NCBI RefSeq assembly: GCF_006345805.1
Contig: NC_043004.1
Location: forward strand, 74,710,001 to 74,774,000
Length of the DNA: 64,000 nucleotides
Source: Octopus sinensis
Taxonomy: Eukaryota
Direction: 5' to 3'
Shown: piece after piece, positions 62,365-64,000 of the stretch
Layout of the letters: each line of letters opens with the position of its first letter
How positions within the stretch are numbered: position 1 is the first letter of the stretch
Position numbers and translations under genes: made by a program
The notes under the pieces: generated by a model
Databases searched by the model: none
What the model was told of the DNA's origin: nothing
Seen by the model: the letters and a program-made list of their open reading frames with translations, nothing else

Positions 62365-63128
62365 GGGGGTAGGATTAGGGGTGGGAGAAAAGTGTTTCTG
62401 TTATCTTCAGAAATGTAAACAAAGTCACGTGTGTACTTATACCGAAGGATCGTATAGAAACTATTATTTCACTTCAATGGTGTTGGGTAATGTATTGGTA
62501 TTGATATTAATAACTTCACCACACACACACATTCAACTCCATAATAATAATAACAACAACATATTAAAGATGGTGCTATGGCCTTTTCTTTGATAATATC
62601 TTTCTTGCTTATTTAAATTCAGTTCAATGCACACTTGCCTTGAACCAACCATTTCTCTTTGTGTGTGTGTTTAGAACAAGTAGTTTTTTTAGTTTTTTCC
62701 GGCCCGGGTCAAAACACTATAGTTTAGAGGCCATGGACTGAAAATGCGAGTTTAACCTTCTGGATTGGGACAGAGGAGAGAGAATGAATCTTCGTATATT
62801 CACAGACATGCGGCATGGAATTATAGATGTGAAGGTGTGACGTTCATACATTTCTCAGTGCCATCAACGGCTTAATTAATGTTAATGCTAATTAACTACA
62901 ATCGAGCATCGAAGCAAAGTCGCCTAATTATGATCTCCAAGACCTTAGTCGGGGAACTAAAACTGTAAATAGCATCGCTGTCAGAAATATGTAAAACATA
63001 AATTGATTCGGGATCATACAGTAAAAAGCATTAAAGAAATATACCTTTACGGAATGAAGGGTCCATCGTTGACTGGTGGGTGTGAAGAGACGGCGACATA
63101 AAATATTTACACCACAAACCATCGGCAT
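31027..63128 (-). CDS. MRPS9: Mitochondrial small-subunit ribosomal protein S9 (uS9m), 14 coding exons, 397 codons, in-frame TGA at codon 346
   Basis: complement(join(31027..31039,32246..32324,34273..34442,37544..37649,41877..41919,42889..43014,48108..48183,51051..51136,52960..53039,54507..54537,55727..55789,57517..57620,60006..60138,63045..63128)). All introns are GT-AG with matching phases, 1194 nt in total. Motifs: [72 protein letters not shown]. Confidence 0.97.
31120..31337 (-). mobile_element. SINE family A in MRPS9 intron 13
   Basis: 17-bp TSD AATGAAGTCAATATATT at 31103-31119 and 31338-31354. Confidence 0.88.
32246..32324 (-). CDS. MRPS9: MRPS9 exon 13
   Basis: (A)[25 protein letters not shown](W); CAG acceptor, GTAAGT donor. 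Confidence 0.96.
32423..32649. mobile_element. piggyBac-type MITE
   Basis: TTAA-CCCTTTC...GAAAGGG(T)-TTAA ends. Inverted second copy at 48256-48486. Confidence 0.75.
33735..34015 (+). mobile_element. SINE family C, 5'-truncated
   Basis: Matches the body of 50064-50398. Confidence 0.75.
34273..34442 (-). CDS. MRPS9: MRPS9 exon 12 (contains TGA at 34337-34339)
   Basis: (R)[55 protein letters not shown]; TAG acceptor, GTAAGG donor. Confidence 0.95.
34893..36920 (-). mobile_element. ORF1-only non-LTR retroelement (Tx1/L1-like), 2028 bp, TSD-flanked
   Basis: TSD GGTTAGCAA(A)GCTAC at 34879-34892 and 36921-36935. Splits a family-B SINE (body 34789-34878, head 36936-36960). 3' end ...ATTAAAATAAA; no RT or endonuclease sequence. 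Confidence 0.85.
35181..36365 (-). CDS. Intact retroelement ORF1/Gag-like protein (394 aa from first ATG), RRM-like region + CCHC zinc knuckle
   Basis: Uninterrupted ORF with [14 protein letters not shown] (CX2CX4HX4C), basic KRRKRK/RKKKKKR tracts and a C-terminal domain of about 90 aa. The ORF-track start at 36410 is a GTG. Confidence 0.85.
   Translation of the reverse strand: MTRNFTVWELTPPKKYLKELEDRTVVLRTYSRSLDTIMVFPKATIMNELADYMPAVKHIQRGAKYATIWLLFDSPKAACDFASKPIEGEEILFLPSYKGEKLIRLWVCGLPPGFEPEWVEDSIRRGLSGGSAKILNVRMQPAADWEGAKATLTLWTQSAKSLVLPDFLKMAGSKYPVMLVGRLCHLCSETGHIKKNCPRNQSRILEKLISEPLPAPPMEGEKQSEEGEKSSSKRRKRKVGSNGDPPKEPEAAEEKEDPVRIAPEPQPPEAQRKKKKKKRNGTPPADCNTQTASPMCPPAVVMPEKFYVVLFHKGGTVENEIGKMRKRNQWEGLRSCMEYPEWPSQLAAEVLLENDMCRIENSFPEDLLQVIPVCGSLTMDDCVIKAREFIGRVT
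37076..37134 (+). ncRNA. Degenerate minimal hammerhead motif
   Basis: ATAG-CTGACAA-GAATG...CATTC-GAAA-CTCTGAG-TA-CTAT; core G8 changed to A. Confidence 0.5.
37544..37649 (-). CDS. MRPS9: MRPS9 exon 11
   Basis: (G)[34 protein letters not shown](R). Confidence 0.96.
38480..38945. repeat. Abundant (CAT)n-tailed interspersed repeat with internal tandem units of about 66 bp
   Basis: 5 units starting GGTGCTTTT.. at 38605, 38676, 38741, 38812, 38876. Related copies near 31590, 34490, 51640, 53350-53880, 54180, 57040-57440, 59130, 60300, 60650, 61080. Confidence 0.75.
39600..41230 (-). mobile_element. Tx1/L1-clade LINE ORF2 remnant (intron 10)
   Basis: [19 protein letters not shown] (RT motif), [17 protein letters not shown]; C-terminus homologous to 7582-7950. 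Confidence 0.8.
41877..41919 (-). CDS. MRPS9: MRPS9 exon 10
   Basis: [14 protein letters not shown](G). Confidence 0.93.
42889..43014 (-). CDS. MRPS9: MRPS9 exon 9
   Basis: [42 protein letters not shown]. Confidence 0.93.
43892..44288 (+). mobile_element. tRNA-derived SINE family B, full length with central (TA)n(TG)n
   Basis: Head AGGCGTAGGAATGGCTGTGTGG...GAGTTCAGTCCC; tail ...TGAAACAAGTTAAAGA. Confidence 0.88.
44360..44670 (+). mobile_element. Mariner 3' remnant
   Basis: [28 protein letters not shown]...GDYF, then a TIR-like end. Confidence 0.75.
44695..44870 (+). mobile_element. SINE family B 5' half (3' half at 47718-47945)
   Basis: Colinear with 43892-44288; interrupted in its central microsatellite. 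Confidence 0.8.
44875..47470 (+). mobile_element. 5'-truncated CR1-clade LINE (endonuclease + RT), inactivated, in MRPS9 intron 8
   Basis: EN: [28 protein letters not shown]: [40 protein letters not shown]-terminus: [19 protein letters not shown]. Frameshift near 45850, TGA at 46718-46720, (ATT)n tail. Confidence 0.96.
47483..47717 (+). mobile_element. Internally deleted Tc1-like element
   Basis: CAGGGTGTT...AACACCCTG TIRs; internal [14 protein letters not shown] motif. Confidence 0.82.
48108..48183 (-). CDS. MRPS9: MRPS9 exon 8
   Basis: (I)[25 protein letters not shown]. Confidence 0.93.
48256..48486. mobile_element. piggyBac-type MITE, second copy
   Basis: Reverse-complement homologue of 32423-32649; GGG-TTAA right end. 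Confidence 0.72.
48807..49225 (-). mobile_element. SINE family B, full length
   Basis: Reverse complement of the 43892-type element. Confidence 0.85.
49788..50008. mobile_element. Mariner-derived MITE
   Basis: Imperfect TIRs GTGGTGAAAAGTTCCTG / CAGGAAACTTTTCAACACCC. Confidence 0.6.
50064..50398 (+). mobile_element. tRNA-derived SINE family C, full length
   Basis: A box TGGCTCAGTGG and B box GCTCGAATCC, then a non-tRNA body; inserted in (TA)n. Confidence 0.85.
50504..50701. repeat. 198-bp spacer-less palindrome
   Basis: Centre TT|AA at 50602/50603; 99-bp arms with one mismatch (50580/50625). Confidence 0.95.
51051..51136 (-). CDS. MRPS9: MRPS9 exon 7
   Basis: [28 protein letters not shown](I). 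Confidence 0.9.
52960..53039 (-). CDS. MRPS9: MRPS9 exon 6
   Basis: (S)[26 protein letters not shown]. Confidence 0.96.
54507..54537 (-). CDS. MRPS9: MRPS9 exon 5
   Basis: [10 protein letters not shown] + A (31 nt). Confidence 0.93.
54625..54830 (-). mobile_element. SINE family A
   Basis: 14-bp TSD TACACAAAATGTTT at 54611-54624 and 54831-54844. Confidence 0.87.
54973..55110. mobile_element. Tigger/pogo-like terminal fragment (second copy near 58630-58750)
   Basis: TA-CAGTAAT(C/A)CCTCGACTAT.GCAGGTGT end present in two copies. Confidence 0.55.
55727..55789 (-). CDS. MRPS9: MRPS9 exon 4
   Basis: [21 protein letters not shown]. Confidence 0.96.
57517..57620 (-). CDS. MRPS9: MRPS9 exon 3
   Basis: (D)[34 protein letters not shown]. 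Confidence 0.97.
58102..58311 (+). mobile_element. SINE family A
   Basis: 15-bp TSD AGAAGTGGAGAAATC at 58087-58101 and 58312-58326. Confidence 0.87.
60006..60138 (-). CDS. MRPS9: MRPS9 exon 2
   Basis: [44 protein letters not shown](D). Confidence 0.93.
63045..63128 (-). CDS. MRPS9: MRPS9 exon 1 (mitochondrial presequence)
   Basis: [28 protein letters not shown]: Arg-rich, no acidic residues, ACCATG context, phase-0 donor AAG|GTATAT matching exon 2. Confidence 0.8.
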
Positions 63129-63284
63129 GGTTGTTGACAGGCATAACCGGTGTTTACTAAAGAACAGTCCCCCTTGTAATAAAACTCCTAATTAAATATA
63201 AGCGTACGACATGTAATTCTGTGGTGGGAGGGGTTAGTCGCCTGCATCGAACCCAGTGCTCAACTAGTACTTAGGGATCATATA

Positions 63285-63882
63285 AGGCGGCAAGCTGGCA
63301 GAATCGTTAGCACGCCGGGTAAAATGCATAGCAGTATTTCGTCTGCTGTTACGTTCTGAGTTGAAATTCTGCCAAGGTCGACTTTGCTTTTCATCCTTTC
63401 GGAGTCGATTAAATAAGTACCAGTTACGCACTGGAGTCGATATAATCGACTTAATCCGTTTGCCTGTCCTTGTTTGTCCCCTCTGTGTTTAGCCCTTTGT
63501 GAGTAGTAAAGAAATAGGTATTTCGTCTGTCTTTACGTTCTGACTTCAAATTCCGCCGAGGTCGACTTTGCCTTTCATCCTTTCGGAGTCGATTAAATAA
63601 GTACCAGTTACGCACTGGAGTCGATATAATCGACTTAATCCGTTTGCCTGTCCTTGTTTGTCCCCTCTGTGTTTAGCCCTTTGTGAGTAGTAAAGAAATA
63701 GGTATTCGTCTGTCTTTACGTTCTGACTTCAAATTCCGCCGAGGTCGACTTTGCCTTTCATCCTTTCGGAGTCAATTAAATAAGTACCAGTTACGCACTG
63801 GAGTCGATATAATCGACTTAATCCGTTTGTTTGTCCTTGTTTGTCCCCTCTGTGTTTAGCCCTTTGTGGGTAATAAAGAAAA
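63285..63882 (+). mobile_element. SINE family A trimer (head + 3 x 184-bp bodies)
   Basis: Units start at 63334, 63518, 63702. One TSD AGTACTTA(G/T)GGATC at 63266-63279 and 63883-63896 flanks the whole array. Confidence 0.88.
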
Positions 63883-64000
63883 AGTACTTATGGATCTTGC
63901 TAAAATTTTTCCAACGACTTGAAGTAATTCAAATCTCACCAAATTATTTTCAAACAAATGTAGTTTTTGAATGCTAGTGACGAAAATCAGGTACTTATTT

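Noticed and set aside
63334-63882. Regularly spaced repeats resembling a CRISPR or satellite array
   Set aside because: Whole 184-bp units repeat with no unique spacers; these are SINE bodies in a eukaryotic genome.

Overview
Eukaryotic, repeat-dense genomic DNA. The SINE/LINE/microsatellite landscape looks like an octopod cephalopod (inferred, not database-checked). Two spliced host genes were rebuilt by hand from splice signals and reading frames; the ORF track shows only fragments of them. (1) Plus strand: a 2-exon gene (TATA+Inr, signal-peptide exon 9379-9427, 8.97-kb intron, exon 18400-18641) encoding a 96-aa secreted galaxin-like di-cysteine peptide. (2) Minus strand: the complete 14-exon mitochondrial ribosomal protein S9 gene (MRPS9, 63128->31027, 397 codons), with an in-frame TGA at the conserved QAGxIR arginine (codon 346). 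The rest is mobile DNA: mariner/Tc1, pogo and piggyBac derivatives, RTE, CR1, Tx1/L1 and R4/Dong LINE pieces, Helitrons, several tRNA-derived SINE families and microsatellites. Best leads: the MRPS9 nonsense codon; the galaxin-like peptide; a 2-kb TSD-flanked retroelement with an intact ORF1 but no ORF2, inserted in a SINE tRNA head; fold-back elements carrying Penelope-type minimal hammerhead ribozymes; a 198-bp spacer-less palindrome; SINE concatemers; and a 67-bp target-site duplication.
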